47,405 bases of DNA from Candidatus Brocadiia bacterium (GTDB lineage Bacteria; Planctomycetota; Brocadiia; SM23-32), in the NCBI GenBank assembly GCA_046538485.1, contig JBKHIT010000037.1, positions 1-47,405 of the forward strand, read 5' to 3'. This document shows, piece by piece, positions 46,586 through 47,405 of this stretch. The position numbers and the translations under genes were made by a program. The notes under the pieces were generated by a model, which ran no database searches, was not told the DNA's origin, and worked only from the letters and a program-made list of their open reading frames with translations. Each line of letters begins with the position of its first letter. Positions within the stretch are counted from its first letter, which is position 1.

Positions 46586-47309
46586 CCCGGGCTGTCATAT
46601 GCAGCCCTTTCAGGGCTCGGCAACGGCAGGGCGCCGAGGGCCTTCAGCCTTCTCTACCCCGGGCTGTTATCTGCCGGGCCGTTGGCCCTGAGAAGCGCTT
46701 TCCCGGCAATCCTGTCACTGCAATGCGGTATGCGGCGACTACCTGTGTAGCCCTCTGCCATGCCGTGAGCCACAGGCGTACTTACGCCTTCATCTCCAAA
46801 CGAAAGCCACGAAACCCATGTGGCACAGCCTCTCCAGGCTGTGGACCGGGTCGTAAGACCCGGATTCGTTGTCGTTTGTTCAGGAACGGAATATGCGGCG
46901 TGGCGGACAATCGTATCAGCACCGGTTCGTGGGTGAACCCCGCCGGCGGAGCCGGCTGTGGAGTGCGGTGGCTCGCCACCGCTTTGCCGTTGTTTTTCGT
47001 CGTTTTGCGACGAGACCCGCCGGTTTGTGCACCGCGTTCTGAACTCCAGCCCCGCAGAGCGGTTCTGAAGTCCAGTCCGCTCCTGATACGGTATTTGGGT
47101 AGCGGATTTTTGGTGGGCCTTCAGTCCACGATAACGGCGTTTGAGACGGATAACTTTCTCTCTCAAAACGTTGGGATACTTACACGAGACCGCTTACTTC
47201 TGCGTCACCCCTTCGGGGTTTGGAAATTATGTGGCGTGTCCGAATCACGGGGCTTGCCCAAACAACGGGCGCGCCCCGGGCTATGTCTGCGACCGCCCCT
47301 TCAGGGGCT
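46586..47309. repeat. Cluster of REP-like short palindromic elements
   Basis: CCCGGGCTGT...GCCCTTTCAGGGC (46586-46617), CCCGGGCTGT...GGGCCGTTGGCCC (46658-46689), GGAGTGCGGTGGCTCGCCACCGCTTT (46960-46985), ACCCCTTCGGGGT (47207-47219), CCCGGGCTA...GCCCCTTCAGGGGC (47275-47308). Confidence 0.7.
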
Positions 47310-47363
47310 CAAAACAGCATAACACACTTAGTGAGCTAATCGCCGCGCCGCCGGCGCAGGATG

Positions 47364-47376
47364 TTGACATATGTCA
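47364..47376. promoter_or_regulatory. Perfect palindrome TGACATATGTCA overlapping a TTGACA hexamer
   Basis: TTGACA at 47364-47369; palindrome at 47365-47376. Confidence 0.45.
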
Positions 47377-47405
47377 TGAAAGGCGAATGATGAGCTTCTG
47401 CGGCA

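Noticed and set aside
46534..47322. 262-aa plus ORF and 170-aa minus ORF (46654-47166)
   Set aside because: Run through GC-rich palindromic repeats, no RBS or domain motifs, no transposase signature

Overview
A gene-dense bacterial chromosomal segment, mostly on the + strand. It is most consistent with an anaerobic member of the Planctomycetota (inference from gene order and protein style, not proven). From left to right: (1) an LPS inner-core block (GT4, B12-binding radical SAM, heptosyltransferase, split HldE kinase and adenylyltransferase, tandem two-domain LPS kinase), bracketed by an identical 16-bp sequence; (2) a perfect sigma70-type promoter and a structured ~200-nt leader ahead of purA-uppS-cdsA-phoH-7TM/HD-ybeY-corC-recO; (3) a stand-alone corrinoid protein, TPR protein, hslVU, Zn-finger membrane protein, HEAT-repeat protein, D-lyxose isomerase-family gene and miaA; (4) a ~13-kb type IV pilus/T2SS-like envelope locus with a PilM-PilN fusion, a PilO-position protein, an FN3-like protein, a ~1620-aa repetitive helical lipoprotein, an extended secretin and a small membrane protein, but no pilin or ATPase; (5) a membrane spermidine-synthase-like gene with a G10 tract, and sppA; (6) a compositionally different cysD-cysN-alkaline phosphatase superfamily module followed by a cluster of REP-like palindromes. 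I saw no rRNA, tRNA, CRISPR array, transposase or integrase. The best candidates for something new are the secretin/giant-lipoprotein locus, the B12 radical SAM coupled to LPS core genes, and the purA leader RNA. All calls come from motif reading by eye; no database searches were run.
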